A DNA stretch of 47,411 nucleotides from an uncultured Deinococcales bacterium (GTDB lineage: Bacteria; Deinococcota; Deinococci; Deinococcales; JAAFIG01): positions 1 to 47,411 of the forward strand of contig CAXTKV010000011.1 of the NCBI GenBank assembly GCA_964244895.1, read 5' to 3'. Each line of letters begins with the position of its first letter. The first letter of the stretch is position 1. Below are positions 9,608 to 19,595 of the stretch, piece by piece. The translations under genes were made by a program, and so were the position numbers. Below the pieces are notes generated by a model, which saw nothing but the letters and a program-made list of their open reading frames with translations, was not told the origin of the DNA and ran no database searches.

Positions 9608-10189
9608 TCACTGCCGCCACTGGTTCGCACGAACGTTCTCCGCAGCCAGGCGCACAGTTTCCTCGATCCGATTGGCGCGGGTTTCAGAACGTTTCGCGCT
9701 CAGAATCCACTGAAGGATCGTTTTTCGCACACCGGGCGGGAACCCGCGCCAAAACCCGAGCGCCTGCGCGTTCGCCTCGAGCGCGGACACCAGATCTTCG
9801 GGTTCGATCATGTCCTCGCTCGCGTCGATCGCCGTCCACGAGCCGTTCTTCTTGGCGACCTCGATGGCCAGCAAGCCCGCCGGAGCCACCAGCCCCGCCG
9901 CGAGCAAGCGTTCGAGCCGGGATTTGTTCAATTTCGACCAGACGCTTTTCGGTTTGCGCGCACAGAAATACAGCAGGTGCCGTTCATCGTCCAACCTGGC
10001 GGGTTTGCTGTCGATCCAGCCGAAGCACAAGGCTTCCTCGACGGATTCGGCGTAGGTCACGGTCGGTTTGCCCGTGTGCTTTTTGTAGTACATCAGCCAG
10101 ATGCCGCTGGCCGACGCGTGATTCTTCTCGAGCCAGGCTCGCCAGGCGCGGCGGGTTTTGGGATAGAACATCTCGCGTTCAGGGGTCAC
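9608..10189 (-). CDS. YdeI/OmpD-associated family protein
   Basis: WRAWLEKNH, EALCFGWIDS, SAKRSETRANRI motifs; GTG at 10189 couples to the original hicA stop. Confidence 0.85.
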   Translation of the reverse strand: MTPEREMFYPKTRRAWRAWLEKNHASASGIWLMYYKKHTGKPTVTYAESVEEALCFGWIDSKPARLDDERHLLYFCARKPKSVWSKLNKSRLERLLAAGLVAPAGLLAIEVAKKNGSWTAIDASEDMIEPEDLVSALEANAQALGFWRGFPPGVRKTILQWILSAKRSETRANRIEETVRLAAENVRANQWRQ

Positions 10190-10355
10190 AGTTTTTCCCA
10201 TTCGTCATATCGCTGCGGTGTGGGTTCGGCAGGATCAGTTTCTGAGCGCCGCGCAACATGAACGGATGTTTCTTTCCATGGTATGGCCCTTCAAAACCTG
10301 CCGATTGCAACGCCCGAATCAGATCGCGCCACGCTATCGGGCCGAACGGGGGCAT
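10186..10355 (-). pseudogene. hicA: HicA-family toxin, internally deleted and frameshifted
   Basis: MPPFGPIAWRDLIRAL...GKKHPFM...PNPHRSD, then the terminal DEWEKL* appears in a different frame. Confidence 0.75.
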
Positions 10356-10615
10356 CAAGCAACCTGATCCAGGGTTTTCTGATACGACAATTCGAGCTTG
10401 ACGCCACCGAAATCGGGCAGTTCGTGATGCAACGAGATACCCAAAAGCACCCACTCCTCGAGCACTTCCCGCAACACATCCCGACATTTCTCGAGCGAGT
10501 CCTCGTTGGCCCACACGCCTTGCGCACCGGGAATCGAACCGAAGAAACCCTCGTCGCCCTCGAGCAATTCGTATTGGGCCAGGTGCATTCCAGCGTTCAA
10601 GTAATCCTCGAACAT
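10355..10615 (-). CDS. hicB: HicB-family antitoxin
   Basis: FFGSIPGAQGVWA...LEKCRDVLREVLEEW; TGATG overlap with hicA. Confidence 0.85.
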   Translation of the reverse strand: MFEDYLNAGMHLAQYELLEGDEGFFGSIPGAQGVWANEDSLEKCRDVLREVLEEWVLLGISLHHELPDFGGVKLELSYQKTLDQVA

Positions 10616-10640
10616 TTTTCACCTCTGACCAATTCTAGCC

Positions 10641-10670
10641 AAAAAAGGGCGCGGGTCGAAACCCGCGCCC
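10641..10670 (-). terminator. intrinsic terminator downstream of ilvC
   Basis: GGGCGCGGGT-TTCG-ACCCGCGCCC-TTTTTT. Confidence 0.85.
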
Positions 10671-10723
10671 CTCGAGCGACCCTCATTTCAGCCCGAAACC
10701 TGCTTCACGTTGGGCTTCTTGAA

Positions 10724-10760
10724 GTTTCAATCCTCACCCGAGTTCACCTCGAGCGAGCTT
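10724..10760 (-). CRISPR. solitary degenerate type I-C-like CRISPR repeat (no array)
   Basis: AAGCTCGCTCGAGGTGAACTCGGGTGAGGATTGAAAC: 37 nt, 8-bp stem with two G-U pairs, ends GGTGAGGATTGAAAC. Confidence 0.55.
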
Positions 10761-10764
10761 CTTT

Positions 10765-11832
<1,068 letters not shown>

Positions 11833-11888
11833 TTATACCAGTTCAGGGTGCATCACAACGCGTTCTCGGGATGAGCACGCGCCGAGAA

Positions 11889-11931
11889 TACCGTGCTGGA
11901 CAGGGTTTATTGAATTGCGAGCCAGACGGTG
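11889..11931. repeat. dyad element (spacing 26, degenerate)
   Basis: CGTGCTGGACA / CGAGCCAGACG. Confidence 0.7.
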
Positions 11932-11984
11932 TTTCCTCGAGCCGGGCGCGCATGCCGAGAACGCGTTGCACACCAACAAAACGT

Positions 11985-12548
11985 TCACCTCACGCGGTTT
12001 CGAGTCGCATCGTCCGTGGCCAGAATCGCGTACATGACCGAGTCCTCGAAGACATCGCCCTTCAACAGATCGCCTCGCATCACGCCCTCGAGTCGCATCC
12101 CGATCTTGGTCAGGACGCGACCGCTGGCGGCGTTGCGCGGGTAGTGCGCCGCCTCGATGCGGTGCAAACTCAGTTCCTGAAACCCGTAGCGCAGCACGGC
12201 TCGGGCGGCTTCTGTGGCGTAGCCCCGGCCCCAGTGATCCGCGCCGAGCCAGTACCCGAGGTGACCGCGTTTGTGCCGCGCGGTGATGCTCAACCCGATG
12301 CCGCCGATCAACCCGTCCGCATCTCGAGCACGAATCGCGAATTCGACGTGCTCACCGGACGCGAATCGTTCAAGCATGCCCCGGATGCGTTCCGTGCCCC
12401 AGCCTTCCGGGACGGGATGCGGAAAGGACAGCGTGCCGTCCGTGACTTCCCTGGGCGAGATCAACCGCTCAAAGGTGGCGGCATCCTCGAGCGAAAACGC
12501 GCGCAATATCAGGCGCTCGGTCTCGAGGATCGGGATCGTTTCAGTCAT
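11985..12548 (-). CDS. RimJ/RimL-type GNAT N-acetyltransferase
   Basis: LETERLILR, LGYWLG..HWGRGYATEA, NAASGRVL motifs. Confidence 0.88.
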   Translation of the reverse strand: MTETIPILETERLILRAFSLEDAATFERLISPREVTDGTLSFPHPVPEGWGTERIRGMLERFASGEHVEFAIRARDADGLIGGIGLSITARHKRGHLGYWLGADHWGRGYATEAARAVLRYGFQELSLHRIEAAHYPRNAASGRVLTKIGMRLEGVMRGDLLKGDVFEDSVMYAILATDDATRNRVR

Positions 12549-12571
12549 GCTCGGATTCCTCTTTGCAGGAT

Positions 12572-12623
12572 CACCGTCCTGGACGCACTTTTTCGAGATT
12601 GAAAAACGCTGTCCTGGACGGAG
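12572..12623. repeat. dyad element (spacing 35)
   Basis: CGTCCTGGACG / TGTCCTGGACG. Confidence 0.85.
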
Positions 12624-12634
12624 TTCTCGAGGGC

Positions 12635-12964
12635 TCAATCGACGATGAAGAGCTTCGCGCCCGTCGTGGTACTCGAGCGGTGCGGTTCGGCACCGTCTGC
12701 GACCTGGTAACTCACACCCGGCGTCAGCGTAAACACGCGCCCATCCTCGAGTTCCGTCTCGAGTTGCCCTTCCAGGCACAGCAGCACGTGTCCCTTGCTG
12801 CACCAGTGATCCGCCGCGTAACCGGGCGTGTACTCGACCATGCGCACGCGAATCTGGCCGAAATGCCGCGTGCGCCAGAAGGCCGTCCCGGTGATTCCGG
12901 CGTGTTCAGTGCGCGGCACGTCCGCCCAAGCGGTCGCGCCGAACGGGATGTCTCGCATCTTCAC
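12635..12964 (-). CDS. DHCW motif cupin fold protein
   Basis: ADHWCSKGHVLLCLEG motif. Confidence 0.85.
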   Translation of the reverse strand: MKMRDIPFGATAWADVPRTEHAGITGTAFWRTRHFGQIRVRMVEYTPGYAADHWCSKGHVLLCLEGQLETELEDGRVFTLTPGVSYQVADGAEPHRSSTTTGAKLFIVD

Positions 12965-12971
12965 GATGGCC

Positions 12972-13529
12972 TCAGTCGTTCGCCATGTCTGCCAGCGGGT
13001 GCTCGAGCGCGTTCGATTCCCCGCCGTGGTAGACGTGGCTGGGAATATCGGCGTTGCTGCCTCGGGTCAACGCGACCCGGCCCGTGCGCATGGTTTCGAT
13101 GATCCCGAACGGACGCATCTGCTCGATGAACGCGGTGATCTTGCCCTCGTCGCCGGTCAACTCGAAGACCGCGCTGGATCGGCCCGCGTCCACGTTGCGC
13201 GCCCGGAAATCCTCGGCCAGATGCCTGATCTCGAGTCGCGTGTCGTTGGTGACGCGCACTTTCAAGAGCACCAGTTCGCGGTCCACAAATTTTTCCGAGG
13301 CGTGATTGATGACTTTCAGCACGTCCTCGAGCTTGTCGAGTTGGCGTTGAATCTGATCCGCCATGTGCTCCGGGGCTTCCGCGATGAAGGTCATCCTCGA
13401 AATCCCTTTTTGCTCCGTGGTTCCGACGCTCAGGGAATCGATATTGTATCCGCGCCGCGCGAACATGCTGGTGACTCGGGTCAACACGCGCGGTTCGTCG
13501 CGCAGGAAGGCTGAAAAAATGTGCTTCAC
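12972..13529 (-). CDS. ilvN: acetolactate synthase small subunit
   Basis: ACT domain FARRGYNIDSLSVG, RELVLLKV, RTGRVAL; lies between ilvB and ilvC. Confidence 0.92.
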   Translation of the reverse strand: MKHIFSAFLRDEPRVLTRVTSMFARRGYNIDSLSVGTTEQKGISRMTFIAEAPEHMADQIQRQLDKLEDVLKVINHASEKFVDRELVLLKVRVTNDTRLEIRHLAEDFRARNVDAGRSSAVFELTGDEGKITAFIEQMRPFGIIETMRTGRVALTRGSNADIPSHVYHGGESNALEHPLADMAND

Positions 13530-13534
13530 GCAAG

Positions 13535-13587
13535 CACCGTCCTGGACGCACTTTTCTCGGATTGCAGGAACGCCGTGTAGCACGGTG
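13535..13587. repeat. dyad element (spacing 36), between ilvB and ilvN
   Basis: CGTCCTGGACG / CGTGTAGCACG. Confidence 0.8.
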
Positions 13588-13614
13588 TCCCCGCAATCCG
13601 ACTCCGGGCCGCAC

Positions 13615-15300
13615 TCATGCCGTCACCTTCGGCTTTTCCGGTTCCAGGTTCTCCGGCGCGTCGTCCATCATCTCGTCCAGTCCCTTACCTGCGGGAACCA
13701 TCGGGAAGACGTTGGTTTCCTGCGGCACGCGCACCTCTAAGACGGCGGGGCCGTCGGATTCGTACCAGGCTTTGATGGCCGTCTCGAGTTCCTCGGGGCT
13801 TTCAGCCACGTAACCGGGGATGCGGTAGGCGCTGGCCAGAATCGAGAAGTCCGGGTTGGAATCTTCCAGGTAGACCTCGCTGTAGCGCCGCCCGTGGAAC
13901 ATTTCCTGCCACTGGCGCACCATGCCCAGGTAGCCGTTGTTGATGATCGCCCATTTGACGGGAATGTCGTACTTGCGCAGCGTGGCGAGTTCCTGGATGG
14001 TCATCTGCGCGCCGCCGTCGCCGGAGATAGCGACAACCTTGACCCCCGGTGCTGCGGCGGCCACCGCCGCGCCCATCGCGGCGGGCATGCCGAAGCCCAT
14101 CGTGCCCGCACCGCCGGAATTCAGCCACTTGCGGGGCTTCTCGAACGGGTGAATCTGCGCGGTCAGCATCTGGTGCTGGCCCACGTCGGCGGCCACGATG
14201 TCATCCGGGCTGGTCGCCCTGGAGATGGCCTTGATGGCTGCCGCCGCGCCCCAGGCGGGGCGTTTGGGCTGGCGCGCCTTCCAGTCGTCCAACTTGACCC
14301 ACCAGTCCGCAATCTCGAGTTTCTTCTCGAGGCCGCGCGTCATGGCTTCCAGGGCGCGCCCGGAATCCGAGTGGATCGGCAGGTAGGCGGGGATCAATTT
14401 GCTGTGCTCCGCGATGTCCACGTCCACGTGGACGATCCTGGCGTTCTTGGCGAAACGCTTGGTGTTGCCGGTCACGCGATCGTCGAAGCGCATTCCCACG
14501 CCGATCAGCACGTCGCACTGGCTGATGGCGCGGTTGGAGGCCACGCTGCCGTGCATGCCGGGCATCCCGAGCCACTGCTTGTCGCTGGCCGGGTAATTGC
14601 CCAATCCCATCAAGGTCGTGATGACGGGCATCCCGGACTTGCGCGCGAAGGCGATGATCTCCGGGGACGCGTCGCACGCGCCACCGCCGACCATCAACAC
14701 GGGTTGCTTGGCGTGGCGGATCAGTTCTAATGCCTTCTCGATGTCGGCGGGGTTCGGCTCGAGCGGCGCGGGCAGGGCTTTGGGTTGCGCAATGGGGGCG
14801 TTCGTCTGCGCCTGCTGCACGTCCTTCGGGATGTCCACCAGCACCGGGCCTGGCCGCCCGGAAAGCGCGATGCGGATGGCTTCAGCGACGGTTTTAGATA
14901 CGTCGTCCGCGCTGCGCACCAGGAAGTTGTGCTTGGTGATCGGCATGGTGATGCCGGTGATGTCGGCTTCCTGGAAGGCGTCCGTGCCCAGCAGGGTGGT
15001 CGCCACGTTGCCGGTGATCGCCAGCACGGGCAGGCTGTCCAGCATGGCGTCCGCCAGGGCCGTCACCAGATTGGTCGCACCGGGGCCGCTGGTCGCCATG
15101 CACACGCCCAGACCACCCGTGACGCGCGCGTAGCCCTCTGCGGCGTGACCGCCGCCCTGTTCGTGCCTGACCAGGATGTGCTGAATTGGGCTGTCGTAGA
15201 GCGCGTCGTAGACGGGCATGATCGCGCCGCCAGGATGACCGAAGATGGTCGTGACGCCGTGCGCCTCGAGGGTTTTCAGTAACGCTTCTGAACCAGTCAT
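13615..15300 (-). CDS. ilvB: acetolactate synthase large subunit
   Basis: RHEQGGGH, TSGPGATN, DVGQHQM, GDG...NNGYLGMVRQWQ motifs. Confidence 0.96.
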   Translation of the reverse strand: MTGSEALLKTLEAHGVTTIFGHPGGAIMPVYDALYDSPIQHILVRHEQGGGHAAEGYARVTGGLGVCMATSGPGATNLVTALADAMLDSLPVLAITGNVATTLLGTDAFQEADITGITMPITKHNFLVRSADDVSKTVAEAIRIALSGRPGPVLVDIPKDVQQAQTNAPIAQPKALPAPLEPNPADIEKALELIRHAKQPVLMVGGGACDASPEIIAFARKSGMPVITTLMGLGNYPASDKQWLGMPGMHGSVASNRAISQCDVLIGVGMRFDDRVTGNTKRFAKNARIVHVDVDIAEHSKLIPAYLPIHSDSGRALEAMTRGLEKKLEIADWWVKLDDWKARQPKRPAWGAAAAIKAISRATSPDDIVAADVGQHQMLTAQIHPFEKPRKWLNSGGAGTMGFGMPAAMGAAVAAAAPGVKVVAISGDGGAQMTIQELATLRKYDIPVKWAIINNGYLGMVRQWQEMFHGRRYSEVYLEDSNPDFSILASAYRIPGYVAESPEELETAIKAWYESDGPAVLEVRVPQETNVFPMVPAGKGLDEMMDDAPENLEPEKPKVTA

Positions 15301-15321
15301 GCTCGCCTCCGAAGTCTCAGT

Positions 15322-15459
15322 TTACGCTTCTGCCGTGTCCTGAATCCACTGCGGATCGTCGGCCACGGGTTGCGCGTACAGTTCGCTGATGACCTGCTCG
15401 AGCGCCTCGAGTTGCGTGTGGGTTTCCGTCTTTTCGGGCTGATCTTCGAGTGTGTACAT
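15322..15459 (-). CDS. small acidic hypothetical protein (45 aa, MYTLEDQPEK...WIQDTAEA)
   Basis: GGAGG RBS 4 nt before ATG, host-like codons, lies between the ilv attenuator and ilvB. Confidence 0.55.
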   Translation of the reverse strand: MYTLEDQPEKTETHTQLEALEQVISELYAQPVADDPQWIQDTAEA

Positions 15460-15548
15460 GGTTCCTCCGGCTTGAATCCTTCAGTTGAATCCTTGAGTCT
15501 CGAGGTCGGGTCCGGCTGCGGGAAACACTCCTTCTGGGTTCGGGAACC

Positions 15549-15581
15549 AAAAAACGGCCCCCGGTTGGTGCCGGGGGCCGT
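15549..15581 (-). terminator. ilv attenuator terminator
   Basis: ACGGCCCCCGG-CACCAA-CCGGGGGCCGT-TTTTT. Confidence 0.85.
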
Positions 15582-15606
15582 GGGTGGCGTTGTTTCGGTT
15601 GACCGA

Positions 15607-15672
15607 TTACGCCGCGACGACCCCCGGTTGTACGAGGACGACTAGGGCAATAATCGCGGTGAAGTTCGACAT
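15607..15672 (-). CDS. ilv leader peptide MSNFTAIIALVVLVQPGVVAA
   Basis: Ile/Leu/Val-rich; contains CCGGGGGTCGT complementary to the terminator 5' arm. Confidence 0.85.
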   Translation of the reverse strand: MSNFTAIIALVVLVQPGVVAA

Positions 15673-15679
15673 CCGTTTC

Positions 15680-15709
15680 ACCGTATCAGCAAGTCACGGA
15701 AGGTGTCAA
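15680..15709 (-). promoter_or_regulatory. sigma70-type promoter of ilv leader
   Basis: TTGACA-N15-TGA-TACGGT. Confidence 0.7.
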
Positions 15710-15836
15710 GCGAAACCGAACGTTGCGCCCTCAAATATCCACGTTTTTTCGCGTTTCCGACGGCGTTCTCGAGCATTTGGCACCGTCGAGTGTCAGGTCT
15801 GGATGACGGCCTCTCGCTCGAGTCTTTTATCGTGAA

Positions 15837-15888
15837 GACCGTCCAGCACGCGAGATTTGAAAGTAAAAGAACACCGTGCTGGACGGTG
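15837..15888. repeat. dyad element (spacing 35)
   Basis: CGTCCAGCACG / CGTGCTGGACG. Confidence 0.9.
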
Positions 15889-15914
15889 TTCTTCTGAGCG
15901 ATTCGGGTATGTTC

Positions 15915-16883
15915 TTACCAGGCGTAGGCTTCCGGCGCTTCCCCGCCGGGGCCGGGCCAGATCTCGTCCAGGCGCTTGATGATGCCCTCGTCGAGTTTGA
16001 TCTCGAGGGCGCGCAGGCTGCCATCGAACTGTTCCATCGTGCGCGGCCCGATGATCGGGGCGGTCACGACGGGGTTGTGCAACAGCCACGCCAGCCCCAC
16101 ATCGGCGGGGCTCTCGCCGATTTCCTTGCACAGGCCTTCATACGCCTCGAGCTGCGGACGGTGCTTCTCGATGCGCTTCTGGACGGCTTCGGTCGCGCGG
16201 CGGCCCTCGGAGACTTTCTGCAGCACGCCGCCCAGCAGTCCGCCAGCCAGCGGGCTCCACGGGATCACGCCCAGGCCGTAGGCGCGGCAGGCCGGGATGA
16301 CCTCGAGTTCGATGGCGCGGGCGCTCAGGTTGTACAGGCTCTGCTCGGAGACCAGGCCCATGAAGTGCCGCGATCTGGCGATCTCGTTGGCCTGCGCGAT
16401 GTGCCAGCCACCGAAATTGCTGGAACCCACGTACAGCACCATGCCCTGCGCCACCAGGTACTCCATCGCCTGCCAGACTTCCTCCCAGGGCGTGGCGCGG
16501 TCAATGTGGTGCATCTGGTAGAGGTCGATGTGATCCGTTTTGAGGCGCCTGAGGCTGTCCTCGCAGGCTTTGCGGATGTGGTACGCGGAGAGTTTGCCAT
16601 CGTTCGGCCCCGTGCCCATCGTGCCGTAGACCTTGGTGGCCAGCACGATCTTCTCGCGCCGCCCGCCCTGTTCCAGCCAGCGCCCGATGATTTCTTCGGT
16701 GTAGCCGACGTGAATCTTGCGCCCGTAACCGTTGGCGGTATCGAAGAAATTGATGTCCAGTTCGAGGGCTTTGTCCATAATCTTGAAGCTGTCCGGCTCC
16801 GATGTCTCCGGGCCGAAATTCATCGTGCCCAAGCACAAACGGCTGACGTTGAGTCCGGTGCGACCGAGGTTCGTGTGCTGCAT
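15915..16883 (-). CDS. aldo/keto reductase
   Basis: LCLGTMNFG, FFDTANGYG, DLYQMHH, PWSPLAGG motifs; AAGGAGG before ATG 16883. Confidence 0.92.
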   Translation of the reverse strand: MQHTNLGRTGLNVSRLCLGTMNFGPETSEPDSFKIMDKALELDINFFDTANGYGRKIHVGYTEEIIGRWLEQGGRREKIVLATKVYGTMGTGPNDGKLSAYHIRKACEDSLRRLKTDHIDLYQMHHIDRATPWEEVWQAMEYLVAQGMVLYVGSSNFGGWHIAQANEIARSRHFMGLVSEQSLYNLSARAIELEVIPACRAYGLGVIPWSPLAGGLLGGVLQKVSEGRRATEAVQKRIEKHRPQLEAYEGLCKEIGESPADVGLAWLLHNPVVTAPIIGPRTMEQFDGSLRALEIKLDEGIIKRLDEIWPGPGGEAPEAYAW

Positions 16884-16984
16884 ACAGGCCTCCTTGAAGT
16901 GTTGAAACGAGCCCGACTCTACGCCCGGACGCCAGAAGTGCGACGGAACGTGAGGCACATTGCCAGCCGAATACACCTCGAGAA

Positions 16985-17026
16985 CGCCGTCCCGCACGCA
17001 TGCGTTAAATCGCGTCCAGGACGGTA
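16985..17026. repeat. dyad element (spacing 25)
   Basis: CGTCCCGCACG / CGTCCAGGACG. Confidence 0.85.
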
Positions 17027-17050
17027 TTCTCAAGCATCACGAATCCATTT

Positions 17051-18046
17051 TCAGGGCCACGACCTGCACGATTCGCGCACAATCAGTTCGGCCTCGAGCA
17101 CCTTGCGCGAAGGCTCCAGATCGCGGTTCGCCACGCGTTCCAACAGCAATCCCAGCGTGGCCTGAGCCATCTCAAGCACGGGCTGGCGCACGGTCGTGAG
17201 CTTGGGTGTGAAGGCTCGCGCCCACGAGAAATCGTCGATGGACACGATCGAAACCTCATCCGGGCAATACAATCCCAGGTCGGAGAGCGCCTGCATCACG
17301 CCGATCAGCATGTGGTTGTTGGCCACGAACAGCGCCGTCGGCGGGGCGGGCAGTCGGTACAGTTCGCGGCAGACCGCGTAGGCTTCATCGGCCAGAAATT
17401 GACCGAAGCGCACGAAGGCTGGATTGACCGCGATACCGTGTTCGCGCAGGGCGCGCTCGTACCCGGCCAGGCGATCCGCCCCAGCCAGCATCCGCTGCGG
17501 GCCCGCCACGGTTCCGATCCGCTGGTGGCCGAAAGAAAGGATGTGCGCGGTCGCCATGTGGGCCGCCGCCTCGTTCTCGAGCACCACCGCGTCCAGGGGC
17601 AATCCTGCGGGCGCGTTGTCCACCAGCACCAGCGGGCCGTGATCGGGGCGCAAGGATTCGTGCGCGGTCGTGTGGGTCGGGCAGAGCACCGTGCCCGCCA
17701 CGCGGTGCGTTCGCATCAGGGCCAGCGCGTCCTGTTCCCTGGTTGGATCGTTGTCCGTGACGCACAAGAGCATCGAGTAGCCTGCCGCCTCCGCCAGACC
17801 CTGCACGGCGTGGACGAACTCCGTGTAGAAGGGATTCGTGATGTCCGGGATGATCAAGCCCAAGAGGTTGCTCGATCCCTGCCGCAGGCCGCGCGCCACG
17901 CCGTTCGGCGCGTAACCGAGTTCTTCGATGGCGGCCTGGACGCGCGCTTTGAGTTCCGGGCTGACGAAAGCCTTGCCGCTCAAGGTCGCCGAGACCGTGG
18001 CGATGGAGACGCGGGCCAGTCGGGCGACATCGTGCATGGTCGGCAT
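17051..18046 (-). CDS. LacI family transcriptional regulator
   Basis: TMHDVARLARVSIATVS HTH, LTTVRQP motif; start approximate. Confidence 0.92.
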   Translation of the reverse strand: MPTMHDVARLARVSIATVSATLSGKAFVSPELKARVQAAIEELGYAPNGVARGLRQGSSNLLGLIIPDITNPFYTEFVHAVQGLAEAAGYSMLLCVTDNDPTREQDALALMRTHRVAGTVLCPTHTTAHESLRPDHGPLVLVDNAPAGLPLDAVVLENEAAAHMATAHILSFGHQRIGTVAGPQRMLAGADRLAGYERALREHGIAVNPAFVRFGQFLADEAYAVCRELYRLPAPPTALFVANNHMLIGVMQALSDLGLYCPDEVSIVSIDDFSWARAFTPKLTTVRQPVLEMAQATLGLLLERVANRDLEPSRKVLEAELIVRESCRSWP

Positions 18047-18425
18047 TGGTTGCGGTTCCGATTCCAGGCGCACGGTTGGGTGGAAAGCCGTGCCCCTCAG
18101 CGTTCTCGGGGCATTCTACCCGAATCCTCAGCTCGCCCTGAACCGAAGCGCCCGCATCGGTGGACGCGGGCGTTTCAGAAGGGCGGTTCAATGCGCGAAT
18201 GTTCGTCTCAGCGATGTCGGCTCGAGGTTCTTTCGGTTCCGGTTTTGGCGCAGGCTCGGGTGGTGAGCGTCTGACAATTTCGGCAAAGAACCGAAGGAGC
18301 ATCCGGAACGCTCGAATCGTGGCTCGAGCCTTCTTGCGCGACCTCGAGCATTTCCACGGACGAGACGATGGCATCTCGAGCGGCGGGCTGGACGCGTTCT
18401 GAGTGCGCCAGTGAGCGGCACACGC

Positions 18426-19301
18426 TTACTTCCACCAGCCTTTCGTGTCGCGCTTGGGTTGGCGAATCTCGAGTTCGCCCTCCGCGAGCGGCTCGATGTC
18501 CATCAGGTAGCGGTGCGCGGGGTTCATGCGCTCGTACAGTCCATCGGTCAGGTAATCGCGCTGGTGTAGTTGTTGCGGCAGGTCGCGGCGCGTGTAGGTC
18601 AGGTGCAGCACGCGGCGGCGTTCGCCGCTGACGTTGAGCGTGCCGCCGTGCCAGATGCAGGAATTGATGATGGCCACGGAACCGGCGGGCGCGATCACGT
18701 GAACCTCGCCGGGGTAGGGTGCGGCCAGGTCTTTGGGTTCTCTGGCCAGGTCTTCGGGGGTGAGCGGTTCGGGTTCCCAGTCGCCCCGGTTGGTGTGCGG
18801 GACGTTGATCGGTGCCCACCAGTGCGATCCGGGCACGACGCGGGTGGGGCCGTTGTCGGCCTTCATGTCGTCGAACAAAATCAGCGCGTTGGTGACCCAC
18901 CAGTCGTCGGTGAATTTCTTGGGCACGTCCACGTGCAGATCCTGGTGTCCCTTGCCGGGCAGCGGGTCGCGCAGGTTGGCTCCGTGCAGCTTGAATTCGC
19001 CGAGCATGTGGTGCGAGGCCGCCAGCACGGGTTTGCACTCGAGGCACAGGTCGTAGGCGGCGGTCTTATTGTAGATGTTGGAGACGCGCGGCGCGCCGGG
19101 TTCGACGTGGACTTCCTGGCCGCCCTGCTCGCCTTCGGCGGCGTGCAGCCGATCGAATTCGTCCGCCATCGCGCGGCATTGTTCGGGCGTGAAGACGCCT
19201 TCCAGGACGATGAACCCGTTCCGGTCGAGCGCATTCAGTTGCGCGCTGGTCAGTTCGTTGTCCGTCACGCCGAGTTGCCGCAGTGCTTGTTTGGTGTACA
19301 T
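18426..19301 (-). CDS. phytanoyl-CoA dioxygenase (PhyH) family Fe(II)/2OG oxygenase
   Basis: LHVD...NGPTRVVPGSH...WHGG iron-binding motifs. Confidence 0.85.
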   Translation of the reverse strand: MYTKQALRQLGVTDNELTSAQLNALDRNGFIVLEGVFTPEQCRAMADEFDRLHAAEGEQGGQEVHVEPGAPRVSNIYNKTAAYDLCLECKPVLAASHHMLGEFKLHGANLRDPLPGKGHQDLHVDVPKKFTDDWWVTNALILFDDMKADNGPTRVVPGSHWWAPINVPHTNRGDWEPEPLTPEDLAREPKDLAAPYPGEVHVIAPAGSVAIINSCIWHGGTLNVSGERRRVLHLTYTRRDLPQQLHQRDYLTDGLYERMNPAHRYLMDIEPLAEGELEIRQPKRDTKGWWK

Positions 19302-19381
19302 GGGTGTTCCTCCGAATAGCTGGTGGACGAATGCCGAATATCGCCGCTGTGCACGCCTTCGCGCGCGCCGACCCGAGTGAA

Positions 19382-19431
19382 CTAAACGTTTAGCTAAACG
19401 TTACGTTAGCACCCGATGGCGCGAAATGCAA
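19382..19431 (-). promoter_or_regulatory. promoter with LacI-type operator for the PhyH gene
   Basis: TTGCAT-17-TAACGT; palindrome CTAAACGTTTAG 19382-19393 plus adjacent CTAAACGTTA. Confidence 0.65.
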
Positions 19432-19473
19432 GCGCCCCAGAAGGCAATCTCGGGCCAGGTTGAATCTCGAGAA

Positions 19474-19514
19474 GACCTTCCCGCACGCGAATTAAATATG
19501 CGTCCTGGACGGTC
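19474..19514. repeat. dyad element (spacing 24)
   Basis: CTTCCCGCACG / CGTCCTGGACG, flanked by CTCGAGAAGA...TCTTCTCGAG. Confidence 0.85.
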
Positions 19515-19595
19515 TTCTCGAGCTATTTCGGGTCAATCGCGCACGGTACGAGAACCGTCTCGAGCCGATGCCCGAGATCCGATCTCGAGGCGAGT

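Noticed and set aside
18188..18421. 77-aa ORF and lac-operator-like AATTGTCAGACGCTCAC between PhyH and lacI
   Set aside because: The ORF is low-complexity with no RBS; the operator-like string differs from the clear palindrome at 19382 and may be chance.
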